A DNA stretch of 64,000 nt from Raja brachyura (Eukaryota). Below, piece by piece: positions 37,845 through 50,211 of this stretch (position 1 is the first letter of the stretch; the number at the start of each line of letters is the position of its first letter). The notes beneath the pieces were generated by a model. It saw only the letters and a list, made by a program, of their open reading frames with translations. It was not told the origin of the DNA and did not search any database. The stretch is taken from contig OY740795.1 of the NCBI GenBank assembly GCA_963514005.1, positions 33,294,001 through 33,358,000 of the forward strand, given 5' to 3'. Position numbers and translations under genes: made by a program.

Positions 37845-39379
37845 ATTAGAATTTATCGGTGTAGCTTGTCTGTGGATTTAGTCTGGCAACAACGTTTCCA
37901 TCTATCCACATTAGAGGCCAACGCATTTGTTTTAATGTCAAGATATCCAACTTCCCTGATTTTCTTTTAAATCAAAAGTAAAATCTGTGGGTAAAGTGAT
38001 ACATTTCTATTCCTTGATTTTAAATACTACAAGCACTATTAAAGCAGACTGATTAATAACTTTACTGCAGATGCCAAAGAGCCATTTAAAACATCTCTTG
38101 TATCTGTGTATACAGCAATAAAGGAACTATCTATTTTGGTATACACATGAATAACTGTCTGCAATAGTGCACATGCACCTGCATGTATACAAACTACAAT
38201 ACCAACACTGCAAGATGCGATAAGACTGTGTCTTTTCTGTGGTGCTCACTGATCGAGAATTCCAATGGGCTGGCAGAAACCATCTGCTGGTGTTTTAATG
38301 TTTCCTTTTACGCAGTGTTATTAAATGCACAGACAGTTAATGCTTGTTCTATATCAGATCAGATGCACACTGGTGCAGTCATGCTCTCCATTTCATCCAC
38401 ATTGTTCCTTTATATTACATCAATAACGTGTTTTAATGCGCCTTATATTGCCTTCATAATCTCTATTTGCAGTAGAAATGCTTCCCTAATTGCGAGTTTT
38501 AGAATCTATATATCACATGTAATCTGGCCACTGGTGTAATATTAGCAGCGGCAGGCACGAGAAGTGGCAGGAGCCGATTTCACATGGGCATGGTAGTTTG
38601 AAACTCACAACCACTGCATTCAGTTTTAAGCAGTTAGCTTTCACCAATGGCCAAACAACATCAATATGGAAAATGTTGCGATCAGCAGTAGTTATATTTG
38701 GCAGTGGCAGGGCAGGAGTTTATAGGGAGGGTCATTAGGTCATGCAGACATACACCAGAATATCAAAATAAAAAGCAGCAAAATACTTGTCCCAGCAGCA
38801 CCTCACACACTGCACAACTGAAGTGCATGATCACTCAAGCTTGAAATCAAATCAGAAGTAGTTCTCTTGAGGAATGAAAAGAAGACATTTAAGTGGTCCG
38901 AAGACCAATTTCAGGTAAAAATTTAGTGTTGCACAAAACACTGGTACCGTGCGCTCTCTGGAATCAAGCATCAGTGATCGGTTACAAACTGAGGTTCTGC
39001 AAATTAACAGGAGATCCATTCCCAGCCTGCAACCTGAATGTGACCAGTGGTACGTAGGTCCACCCCACCTTTGTAGAGGCTTGGCTGCCTATCGGACGGA
39101 GTAATGGACAAAAACATGATGCTTTACATGACAGAACCTAACCTCCAGACACAAGCTGGAGTGGGCACCCATTCGAAGGATGTTTTTCAAGAATGAGTTC
39201 AAGTGTTTTGCAAATGCATTCCAGAGTACACCCCAACCTAATTGTTAGCAGTTACTTATGTTTGTCCGACAACAACCAGCATCAATGCCTCCCAGGTACT
39301 GGCATCAGGTTCTTAAGAGGCGATTCTATAAAGTTAATGGGACATCAATTTAGGAAGCCTGTTCACATGTTAATAATTG

Positions 39380-39482
39380 TGCTATTGAAAAACACTGAAA
39401 CATCCTCAGTGATGTGACCTGGGGTCTCGGGTCTCACAACATCAGACACCCTCGCCCAGGAGACCCAGCCGGGGTTGATCAC
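39380..39482 (-). mobile_element. 3' UTR fragment of a HERO-like (NeSL/R2 group) non-LTR element
   Basis: Minus strand tgatcaaccccggctgggtctcctgggcgagggtgtctgatgttgtgagacccg...catcactgaggatg resembles my recalled fish HERO 3' end. tcacatgt occurs on both sides. Confidence 0.45.
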
Positions 39483-39564
39483 ATGTAAAACAATTAACAA
39501 GGAATTAATTGTTTATATATTTTTAATTATGTTTCAAAATCTTGCCGTTAATCTGAAATAAAAA

Positions 39565-39843
39565 AGAGATACAGTGCAGAAACAGGCCCTTTGGCCAACC
39601 GAGATAGTACCAACCAGCGATCCTCAGATACTAGCATTATCCTACACAATAGGAACAATGTACAATTTTACCAAAGCCAATTAACCGACAAACCAGTATG
39701 TCTTTAGAGTGTGGGAGGAAAAGAAGCGGAAGCACCCGAAGAAAATCCCTGCGGTCACAGGGAGAACATGCCAACAGCACTCGTAATCAAGATCGAACCC
39801 GGGTCTCTGGTGCTGTAAGTCAGCAAATCTACTGCTGTGCTGC
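39565..39843 (-). mobile_element. HE1-type SINE
   Basis: agagatacagtgcagaaacaggccctt...gatcgaacccgggtctctgg. Confidence 0.85.
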
Positions 39844-39987
39844 TTATATTTAACCTTTCTTGGCATTGGGTTCTTGACTGGAAGGCACAATCAAATGCTT
39901 GGGATTATCCTTGAAATATTTCCTCAGAACAGGTTTTTAATCCGGGGATCATCAATGAAGTTACAATGATAATAGCTTTAATAAACT

Positions 39988-40195
39988 GAGATATAGCATG
40001 GAAACAGGTCCTTCAGCCCACGGCGTCCATGCCGACCATTGATCACCTGCTTCCACCAGACTCTTATCATATCACTTTCTCGCCCACTCCCTATACATTG
40101 GCAATTTGCAGCAGCCAATTAACCTACAAACGTGCACATGCGGGAGGAAACTGGAGTCTCTGGCGCTGTGAGTACAGCAGCTCTATCAACGACAT
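39988..40195 (-). mobile_element. HE1-type SINE, deleted
   Basis: gagatatagcatggaaacagg...gccaattaacctacaaac. Confidence 0.75.
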
Positions 40196-40674
40196 TAGAT
40201 GTTAACTAATTATGGGATTCACTTGCTTAATTAGTCTACACCAGGCTGGTATGACTCGAAGAAACATGCTGTAATGGAGACCTTTGGGAACCAAAAGTCC
40301 AAAGCCAACCCGAGCATGCAATTCATCCCATGACATATTTCATTTTGTTTGTTTTACAAAATATTATTCTTAAAAAATCATCCAATTCCGATCTGAACGA
40401 ATTAATCAATGCTATCAGTTTATTTCTCCATGGGACATGTCCCATCGACTCTCCATTTGCTCACTGAAATAATCAGTGGACAAACCAAAAGTCTACAAAG
40501 TAAAGAAAAAATTTACTCAACTACAAGCCCTTCTCCAAAATCACCAAGCATAGTTGTGTTCTCCAATTCTTTTTTTTGCACCAGTCATAACTTCAATTAT
40601 AACCCGCATTATCCATCAGCTTCATCAAAACTATAGTAACAATATCACCTTTCCAACCAACCATCTTCCAGTAG

Positions 40675-40860
40675 TGAACTGCGTGGGTTTTCTCCATGAT
40701 CTTTGGTTTCTTCCCACATTCGAAAGACGTACAGGTTAATTGGCATGGTAAACGTAAAAATTGTCCCTAGTGGGTGTAGGATAGTGTTAATGTGCATGGA
40801 TCGCTGGGCGGCGCGGGCCGAAGGGCCTGTTTCCGCGCTGTATCTCTAAACTAAAACTAA
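40675..40860 (+). mobile_element. HE1-type SINE 3' half
   Basis: gcgtgggttttctcc...gaagggcctgtttccgcgctgtatctctaaactaaaactaa. Confidence 0.85.
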
Positions 40861-41163
40861 ATGGAGTAAACAGTCTCACTTTCCATGATCCAATTTCTTC
40901 TTGCCTTTTGGTTCAAGTTCTTTTTATCCATACTCTCAATTTCGGAAGAGTAGGGGGAAGAGAAGGATAAGTGCAAGGAGAATGCTTGGGAGCATTGCAA
41001 ATGATGGAAGCATCTGTCTCCTCCTCTTTCCGCTCCACTGTGCAATATATTCATGGGTGATCAAGACTGGCCTCAACTCCTCTGTGCAATTCCCCAATCT
41101 TTAAAAAAAAAAATCCATCAACCCCCAACTTAAATAATTCTAATGTTTAACCTTCACAATCTC

Positions 41164-41280
41164 AAGGGTCTCGACCCGAAAAAGAGTCTGAAGAAGGGTC
41201 TCGACCCGAAACGTCGCCTATCTCCTTCTCTCCTTAGATGCTGCTACACCCGTTGAGTTTCTCCAGCCTTTTGTGTACCC
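41164..41280 (+). mobile_element. Penelope-derived arm
   Basis: Homologous to the pLTR at 26030-26110, with a duplicated aagggtctcgacccgaaa. Confidence 0.8.
41188..41215 (+). ncRNA. Minimal hammerhead-ribozyme-like motif (Penelope-associated)
   Basis: CTGAAGA-A-GGGTC TC GACCC-GAAA-CGTC: conserved core boxes, stem II, palindromic ACGT stem III and a GUC site. Stem I pairing is weak. Confidence 0.6.
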
Positions 41281-42699
41281 TAGAGAATTCTATAGATGGC
41301 CACCCTCTGCAAACAAAATTTCTACACATGTTGGTTTTAAACGTTCAGTCCTTTTTCGTGCGACTATGTATAAAATGCAATAGTGATCCCTCCTAGTGCC
41401 GATTCAATCAGCCACTTTGCTCCTGGGAATACATTCTCTGCACCGAGTGTGGTACCAGCACCACAAATAGTCCTTCGGTCACATACTCATGGACAAATAT
41501 TGCCCCGTCAACTCCGAACCCTGTGGAAGCGACAATATGTGCTGGCCGACTCTTAAAATAAATATTTTGGCAATGGAGTTCAATTAGCAGTGTTGGTAGG
41601 TGAAGAGATTTCTTCCTCAAAATTGCCCCATTATATTTCAGCTGCAATTTTAAGAAAGAGGTACTCTGCTTCAGGATCTTACCCATCACACATTATTACA
41701 GCTTCAAGTCAAATTTTGCAGTCAATGCCAATATTTCCAAACTGTTGTAAAAAGTGCCAAACTGTAGGGAGTTTCTGCTGAAAGAGATATAGTAGGAATT
41801 AGTGAAGATGGCCCAACTTATTGATCTATGTCCTTTAACAGCAAACATTCTATTTGAGTTGGGCCCTGGTGGGGAAGGAACGTTTATTTTTAAAGTGCAC
41901 TCGGGAAATTTTGCCCGATAAATTCCATGGGTAGGTAAAAAGCAAGTTCTTAAAGGTGGAAAAGAGGGGTATAAATAGATATAATACAAATAAACTGGAG
42001 AACCAAGCAAGATGTTGACTTAAAGCAGCTAAACATATTTTCAATAACAAATGCACAATGCTCCAGCCTGTTTATGTACAGCATGAAAAATCTAACCACG
42101 TTTTTAAACATAGCTCAGCAACAAATAATAGTACACATTACACGTTTTGGCATAACTAATACTGTGCCAAATCAATTTTCATTAAAAATATTATTTAATT
42201 GCCATGTGCTGGCATTATAACAGGAATTGGTTTACAGGAATCTTAATCCTTTAACCTACCTGTGTTAATTCACATTGTTAACTGGACACAATGAACTTCA
42301 TTAGTTTAACGACTTCAGTTTAGATTTCTGTCTTTGTGTTTAACAACTACCGTAGCAGTTTTTCAATAATGAATAACATATGGACTCAACTGGGAATACG
42401 AATATACGCCTGTTCTGCACCAGAAATCTGCCACTAATCTTCCTCCCCCCCCCCCCCCCCCCCCACTTCCTTCTGTCAACAACCTATTCTATTGTCTTTC
42501 TGATATTAAGGGCAAAGTTGTTGGTCTGACACCCTGACTCAAGGTACCCGATCTCTTTCCTGTGCTTCATATTATTGTTGCTGTTGATCCAACTGACCAC
42601 AGAGGCATCATCCGCAAACTTAACAAGATCCAGTTGCTGTTGCACTTGGCCACACACTCAGTGTTTACAGGGAATAGAGCAAGATAATGAACACACTTC

Positions 42700-43025
42700 T
42701 GGGTGGTACAGTGGTACAACTGGATGGCTGCTGCCGCTCAGTGCCAAAGACCCAGTTTCGATCCTGACCTCAGGAGCTCAGTATAGATTGTGCACGTTTT
42801 CCTTATGACCGTGTGGTTTCCTCCAGTGCTTCAGTTTCCTACCACATCCCAAAGACGTGCTAGCTTGTAGTTTAATCAGCCTCTGTACATTGCCCAAAGT
42901 GCATAGGGTATGAATGAATAAATGGGATAATATGAACTAGTGTGAACGTGATTGATGGTTGATGTAGACTAGGTGGGACTAGGTGGGCCAAAGGGCCTGT
43001 TTCCATGCTGTATCTCCAAACTAAA
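42700..43025 (+). mobile_element. HE1-type SINE
   Basis: gtggtacagtggtac...cccagtttcgatcctg...aagggcctgtttccatgctgtatctccaaactaaa. Confidence 0.85.
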
Positions 43026-43027
43026 CT

Positions 43028-43110
43028 TCCCTGAAGAGCACCAGTGTCGAGGGTCAGGGTGGAGGAAATGTTATGGCCTAATCTAACCAACTAAGGTCTG
43101 TCCAGAAGCC
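43028..43110 (-). mobile_element. Rex1/Babar-like RT fragment
   Basis: VRLGHNISSTLTLDTGALQG resembles the VR.G...SSTL.LNTGAPQG motif. Confidence 0.7.
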
Positions 43111-43669
43111 AGTTGCAAATGCAGGCTGAAAGGTCAAGGTGCAGAGGCTTAGGGATAAGATTTATCTTTATTTAGTATAATCGGACTACACTGCTTAATA
43201 AATCGGGGAAGTCTTATTCTTGACTTAAACAATACTTTCAAAATCTGAAATAACTAGAAAGGACAAGTTATGTCCCAAATCAGTTTTCCACCACTTTTTA
43301 GAAGTATAATTTATTCTTTGTTCCAACTGGAACCGTGTGCACACATTGCATTGGCAGAGTTATGAACTTAAATGTGCAGCTTGGCATTACTCTGCATCTT
43401 TCCCATTCCACAACAATGAGACTTACCATTTTTTTAAAATCAAACAATATTCCAAACTAAACAAGGCCAAGGGATATAAACAGGGCACATTTTCAATGAA
43501 TGCCAAATTTCAAACATTAAGTTTTTTGTCTAACAGAGAAAATTCTATTAAAGGAAGTAATTAAAGCTCAGACACACACATGGGTTAGTAACTGCTTTTT
43601 TAGAGATTTATTTTTGTTTTCAAGTATGTGTACATATGATAATGGAACAAAAACAATATAGAGTTTCCA

Positions 43670-43960
43670 GGTGGCACATTGGTGCAGCGGTAGAGCTGCT
43701 GCCTTGCAGTGCCAGAGCCCCGGGCTCCATCCTGTCTTCTGGTGCTTTCTGTATGGCGTTTGCACGTTCTCCCTGCGATCGTGTATGTTTTCTCTGAGAT
43801 TTACTCCCAAACTCCAAAGACGTACGGGTTTGTAAGTTAATTGGCTTCAGTATGATGTAAATTTGTCTCTAGTGTGTATAGGATTGAGTATGGGATGATC
43901 GCTAGTCAGCACGAATGCGGTGGGCTGAAGGACTGTGTCCATGCTGTATCTCTAAAGTCA
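43670..43960 (+). mobile_element. HE1-type SINE
   Basis: ggtgcagcggtagagctgctgcc...gctgtatctctaaa. Confidence 0.85.
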
Positions 43961-44467
43961 CACTTGTAAATCAGCTACTACCATTTTCCTCTGATCTTGA
44001 AGGCTACCGTTTTATTTCTAGGCCCTTCCTCAATTGCACAATCTGACAGGTTTATTGCAGTTTCGAAGTCCTGTCCTGTCGGAGGTGCCACCAAGGCCCA
44101 CTTAACCCCTCAGTTGGATCGTACAACTTCTTTGTTGGGCGACAGTTTTTGCATCGTCACGGTTACCATTTATCCCTCAACACCCAATGAAAGGTGACAC
44201 AGCCATCATTACTTAGACCTGTGCAAATCCAGCTGATACATTTCCCAGAAACTAGGCTCAAACACACGTCATTGGATCCAGAGCATTTCAAGACATCCTG
44301 ATGTGATTAAAGGCTTTATGCAAATGCAAGTATTAAAAAAAAATTAGCTCAAAATCACTTGGACCATTTATTTGTTTTAAAATAATCTAATCTAACAAAG
44401 TCATAAAAATATTATACATGAGGGCATGTCTCTGTTCACATCTGCCGTTGACAGTGTAAGTTAAATA

Positions 44468-44590
44468 TATAGGAAGGAACTGCAGATGCTCCACTGAAAG
44501 TAGACACAAAATGCTGGAGTAATTCAGCGGGACAGGCAGCATCACTGGAGAAGGAATGGGTGATGATTTGGGTCGAGACCCTTCTTCAGC
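44468..44590 (-). mobile_element. Penelope-derived arm
   Basis: aggaaggaactgcagatgct...gggtcgagacccttcttcag. Confidence 0.8.
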
Positions 44591-45004
44591 AACATCAATA
44601 TTTTGTTTGTGAAGTTACAGCTCAAACTCCACATGGCATTTGAGGTATTTTTCAGAATCTAGCATTAACCGTTATTTTGGAAGAAATAAATGAACTATTT
44701 ATCCACAGCTCTTAATGTGCTCCGTAAGTAACAAAGTACTCTCTCATGTAATATAAAGCTCAGGGTTAAAGTGACTCACCCTGGCTGATCAACCCAGTTC
44801 TCACAGCAGTGTCAATATACCATATGAAAGTCAAATTCATTTCCATCTCTCCAAATACGGCTCACTTTTGCAACTCATGAGAACTGGCATGTTAGGTTTA
44901 ACACGTCACATGTTAAGATATCACATTCTCAATGTTAAGTCAAACCAAGTTAACAGTGATCCAGAATTGAGGGTGTACTTGCATCAGTCTGTGGTTGTGA
45001 GCTT

Positions 45005-45375
45005 GGTTATAGAGTCAGAGAATCATAGAGTGATACAGTGTGAAAACAGGCCCTGCAGCCCAATGTCCTCACACCGGCCAACAGGTCACAGCTACACTAG
45101 TCCCACCTGCTCGCTTTAGATCCATATCCCTCAAAACCTGTCCTATCCATGTACCTGTCTAACTGTTTCTTAAATGTTGGGAGAGTCCCAGCATCAACTA
45201 CCTCCTCTGGCAGCTTGTCCCATACACCCATCGCCCTTTGTGTGAAAAAGTTACCACTAAGATTCCCATTGAATCTTTTCCCCTTCACCTTAAACCTATG
45301 TCCTCTGGTCCCCAATTCACCCACTCTGGGCAACACACTCTGTATCTACCCGATCTATTCCCCTCATGATTTTAA
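45005..45375 (-). mobile_element. CR1 LINE 3' end
   Basis: ORF 45097-45336(-) TRGHRFKVKGKRF...FFTQRAMGVWDKLPEEVV...FKKQLDRYM; (atagag)n tail. Confidence 0.92.
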
Positions 45376-45917
45376 ACATGGGTGGCTGATAAATGTACTG
45401 AGAGATGCACGACAACTTAAAAAACACACTCCGTGCCTGCAACAAATCGATCTTGGCTTCGACTTCAGCTAAAATGGGCTAAACTATACCAAAGCAATTT
45501 GCTTATAATTCTGCTGCGGGACAAAAGTTCATCGACTTTTGAATTGTGTTCCACCATTTCTTATTTGGGTTGCCAAGGTGCTCAGATATCAGTCAAGTTC
45601 CATCTGTCCGGATAAAAAAAAATCAAATCCCCTAAAACCATTTGCTGCCTGAGGTTGGAGCATATAATGTGCTTTTAAAAAATAATTATTATAAAAAAGG
45701 CCCTCCTGTTTTGAGCACTTCCAGCTAGATTCATAACACGATAAAACGACAAACTAATCTGATTGCCAGTAAGTTAATAGAGTATCATGCACTAAATATA
45801 TTAAAATGGTATCCAGTTTATCAAAGTTATATCATAAATGATATGGTCTAGGCACACTAACTAAATGGCAGATTCCATGGAGCTGAATAACATGCTTCCA
45901 CTGCACACTCCAGTTCC

Positions 45918-46072
45918 CATGAGAGGAATAGATCGGGTAGATGCACAAAGTCTCTTGCCCAGAGTGGGTGAATTGGGGACCAGAAGACATAGGTTTAAGG
46001 TGAATGGGTCAAGATTTAATAGGAATCAGAGTGGTCACTTTTTCATACATAGGGTGGTGGGTGTATGGAACC
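45918..46072 (+). mobile_element. CR1 ORF2 C-terminal fragment
   Basis: MRGIDRVDAQSLLPRVGELGTRRHRFKV...FFIHRVVGVWN. Confidence 0.9.
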
Positions 46073-46799
46073 AGTTCACACATACAAATTTAATTATAAC
46101 ACAGCGTAATAAACCAAAAAGCCTTAGTCTTTGTACAATATTTTACAGAGATCACAGAAATGTTTCAAAGAACTTCATGTAAAATCAGTTCATTAATTTA
46201 TGTAGGCAGGTGTTCAACTCTTTATATGCAGGACTATTCAAAAACAACAAGTGTCAATCTGTTATTCATATGAAGAAGTTAGGACAAACTGCAATGATTA
46301 ATTGAGAGGAACAATTTGCAGAGCTGCGGAGAAAGAGTATCGGAATGGTACTAAGTCAGTGTTGTTTTCAAAGGACTGGCACAGTGACAATACCTTGTGC
46401 TGTGTTCGATTGCCCATATTGACTTGAATTCTTGCACTTCACAAAATGATTCTTACCTTGCTGCTTGACTACTAAAATGGGTAGCATGATGGACATTAGT
46501 TGAACAAATCATCTAAAGGACAGCTTCACCAGCAAAGCAAGACATTTATGCTGCTGGGAAGACACCAATACAAAAATCAGAACTGAGCAATTACTTTAAA
46601 AATGGAAGAGGAAATAAATGGCTATCAATTGGATTCAGGAAAGGATCCACAACATAAATGTAATTATAATCAGTTGGTACAAATTAACCATAATTATCAG
46701 TCAGCTCCCAAATTCTGTTTTGTTTAAAACAGTTGGGGTTTAGCCATTTGGTCTGGGGCACCCATATGGTTTACAATCGAAGGCAGAGTAGGGATTCAA

Positions 46800-47480
46800 G
46801 AGATACGCAAATGCCTCCGTCCTTGATAAATCTGCAACAGTTGTGGCTCTTAGTAAGGATGGCTTTGCACATCTGAGGCAAATATAGCATTAACAACATT
46901 GAAGATCATGTGCATGTCATGGCTATCAACAGTTGTTGTGCCTCGATGTTGTTCACGCCTCTATGTTTTTTCTACACCATCTTTTAAGTGCTGCTGGGTT
47001 TTCAGTAGGATTCAGTATCCTTCTGATATTTGTACAGCTGTATTGACACCAACCCCCTCCCATCCAAGTTATAGTGGGCTGCTGATCCAAAAATATCTTA
47101 TGTCTGTAGTTAATCAATTCCTGGGTCTCCAAGTAAATCTCAGCAAACCAGTCCTGGTACCGTCTGCTAGAGAAGCCGAGTCACTACACATGTACTATTT
47201 ATAGTGAACTCCATGGCATTTCGGACAGCAAAGACTTTGCAGTTCTCTTTGAATAGGAGTCATCAGATTGTCTGGGAAGGACTGTCTCTGTGACTTTCAC
47301 ACTGATTTTCTTGTGACCCAATTAGGGTCTGTTTGGAGGGCTAGCTTATTGGAATGAATTATGCAGCGGTTAATTTTGCAATCATCAGTATCTGTCAAGG
47401 CAAAGCATGATCTCTCCCTCGAACAATGAGGAACCTAACAGGGGTCTTGTGTTCATCCTATTGATGAAATAGTGTCCCGG
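46800..47480 (-). mobile_element. Ancient RTE-clade LINE remnant
   Basis: Minus-strand translations LGFSSRRYQDWFAEI..ETQELI (about 47110-47180) and DSHDMHMIFNVVNAIF (about 46880-46930) match the RTE QDWFDEN and DSHDM..FF..VKAIYGP motifs. Confidence 0.65.
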
Positions 47481-48644
47481 CTGGAGGATAATGTGACGTG
47501 TTTAGGGACGTGTTAATCATGAACTCTTCACCCAAAAAAAGTGAAAAGTCCAACTGCAGCAACTGGGATGGGTCTTCCTGCAGGGTACCACAGGGAATGG
47601 CTCCACAGGGATTCTTGTCAATTGTCTCATCCCAGTGGCAGAAGAGATACTTTCTGAATCACTGCAAGGTTCCCATCAATTTATAGACACAGGTGATATG
47701 ATCTTCTATTCATGCTACTCCAAGAGACATACAAATAGTCTTCTGCAATAGCCTTTACCTCTACCTATTAAATTATTCAGCATCCTCTCCAATTTGGGAC
47801 ATTGAAAACCCATGTATCTTGATTCTTCAGAAGAAAGAGCATCCCAACTTCAGTCAGAACTGCATTATATATCCACAAGCATTGTCTATTCCCATTCAGA
47901 AGCCAAACTCCAAGTCAATGAAGCATTAAACAGAACATCACCTTCCACACACTTCTTACCATCTTTAAAGTACTGGTCAGATATGTGATAGAAGGGCATT
48001 AGGTGCTTGATGTAGTTCTCATAACATGCAATAAGATATCACTTTTGAACAATTGGTGTCAGATCTGGATTTCCATACACAAATCTTCTTTTTACACAAG
48101 TGAAATTAGCTTCTTTGCAATTTTCAGCCAATTTATTTTTAACTCTTTTCCATTTCCCAAAATATGAACATACTTTATTTCCAGAAACACTGCCCAACTT
48201 GTTGAATACTTGCAGCATCTTCTGTTTTTATTAATAGATTAAACACACCCACTTGACAGATAAGAAATTCAACAATGTCAGTGCACAAGTTGTCAAAAGG
48301 GGCCTGCAGAGTCTTTCCTCCTCAGCAATACTGCAGCCCTGGCCAGCAGAGGAAATATATAGAGACACAAGGAAGTGCAGATGGTGAAATCTTGCATAAA
48401 GTGCTGATGCAACTCAGCTGTCAGGCAGCATCTCTGGAGGACATGACAGGCAATCAGGGCTGCTTTGCTTGGAACAAGATCAGGCATTGTGATAAATGTC
48501 TGACTCAATGCCATCCAATGAATACAGATTAATACCGCAGCATCGAGGAAAAGATCCACTGGTAATATAAGTGATGCACTGATTAACACTAAATCATGGC
48601 ACTCTCTAAATTCCGGTGTATTAAGTCCATCTCTCCCTGTTCAT

Positions 48645-48820
48645 CAATATTTTTAAGGCAGACATAAATAGATTCTTGATTAGTACACGTGTCAGGGGTT
48701 ATGGGGAGAAGGCATGAGAATGGGGCTAGGAGGGAAAGATAGATCAGCTATGATTGAATGGCAGAGTAGACTTGATGGGCCGAATGGCCTAATTCTGCTC
48801 CTGTCACATGAACTTATCAG
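48645..48820 (+). mobile_element. CR1 LINE 3' end
   Basis: agattcttgattagtac...gacttgatgggccgaatggcctaattctgctcct. Confidence 0.9.
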
Positions 48821-49742
48821 TTCATCAAGGTATCGGTAGAAGACGGATATGCCGATCAGTAATTTCACAACACAAGAACAATACGATAAGAAGTTACAAG
48901 GTACAGCACTGCAAATCAAGCAATAGGCTTCAGGGATTGGCAATTAGAAGCAGCACACAGCACCTCTACACCTAGCAACAACTATGCTGTCAGAATCGGA
49001 GGACAAAGGGTAACATGTTATACAAATACTGAACCTGTATAATCATAGGTCAAGGTAAATTATAGCCCAATTCCTACAGACTTGTATTCATCATTGGACT
49101 CCCTAAACTGCAAAAACCTCTGCTGTATCCTTCTGCACACTCTTTGCTCAAATATTCTGTGGGGAAAAAAAGTCTTCAGTTGGATAATGAAACAGATTAT
49201 TTACACATTTATGTTAATGTTCAGGTTGCATAAATCTGACATTAATAATAGTGTCTTTGAATTTCCCGGAAACTTTTTTTTTTGTATACGACATTCACTC
49301 AAGAACCAGCTACCCGTAGAAACAGATGGATGTGAGAAATGTAGGGTTGTGCAACGACGAGCAGTCCACAACTCTGATCCTATTTGGGTTGCTGTCCACT
49401 GCGAGATTCAACGTAACCCGGGAATGGTGAAAGCCATCTAAAAAGCAGGGTGCAGCATCAAAAGAGCTGCACCCCCAAATTCCTAACCCTTTTGTGCACC
49501 TCTACTGTTGATGTTCTGACCCTGCAAGTGAGTTTATAGAGTTGGCACCATCCAAAGTGAGAATACAATGCAACTTCAATATGCACTCCACGTGTTCAAG
49601 AAAGTGACCATAAGCTGAAGCGACGGGAAAAAGTCCCACATCAAATACAAACAGATGTCATTTTTAAAAAGGAATTATATAAAATCAGGGAATAACTAAA
49701 GAAACAATTTATAATAATCACAATTATTAAAGTGATAACTCG

Positions 49743-50211
49743 TGCTCTTGGGTCTTTGGACAGTATTGTGTAGCGATATAGCATGGAAACAGGTTCTTCG
49801 GCCGACTAAGTCCACTGATCCTTGATCAACCGTTCTACCTTATCCATTTTCCCATCGACTAGGGGCAATTTACTGAGGGTAATTAACCTACAAACCCACA
49901 CATCTTTTGGATGTGGGCGAGAAAAAGTGCCAATTCAAGTGACCTGATGAATCACCCAAGTAATATGACCACTCCCAAGTTTTCTGATGTATTCATCCTG
50001 ACTAAATAAAAGAGAACGTCAATTGTCTTGGATAAGAATGCAAACAACAGTAGCTCGGATCAACGCACCCAATAAGGTTCGATTCTTGAACTTTATCCTC
50101 CCACCTCCGTTGTGGGCAACACATTGACACATAACTTCAGGTGTGGTCGCAATGTGTCAATGAATCATCAGCTCAATTGAAATAACACTGCCGTCCAAAG
50201 ACCCAAGAGCA
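49743..50211. mobile_element. Old fold-back/long-TIR element split by an HE1 SINE fragment (-, about 49771-49920)
   Basis: Perfect 19-bp inverted termini tgctcttgggtctttggac / gtccaaagacccaagagca. Degenerate pairing continues after the SINE. Confidence 0.65.

Noticed and set aside
41290-41315. CTCF-like motifs here and near 31560 and 54140
   Set aside because: Only partial matches to the consensus; not supportable by eye.
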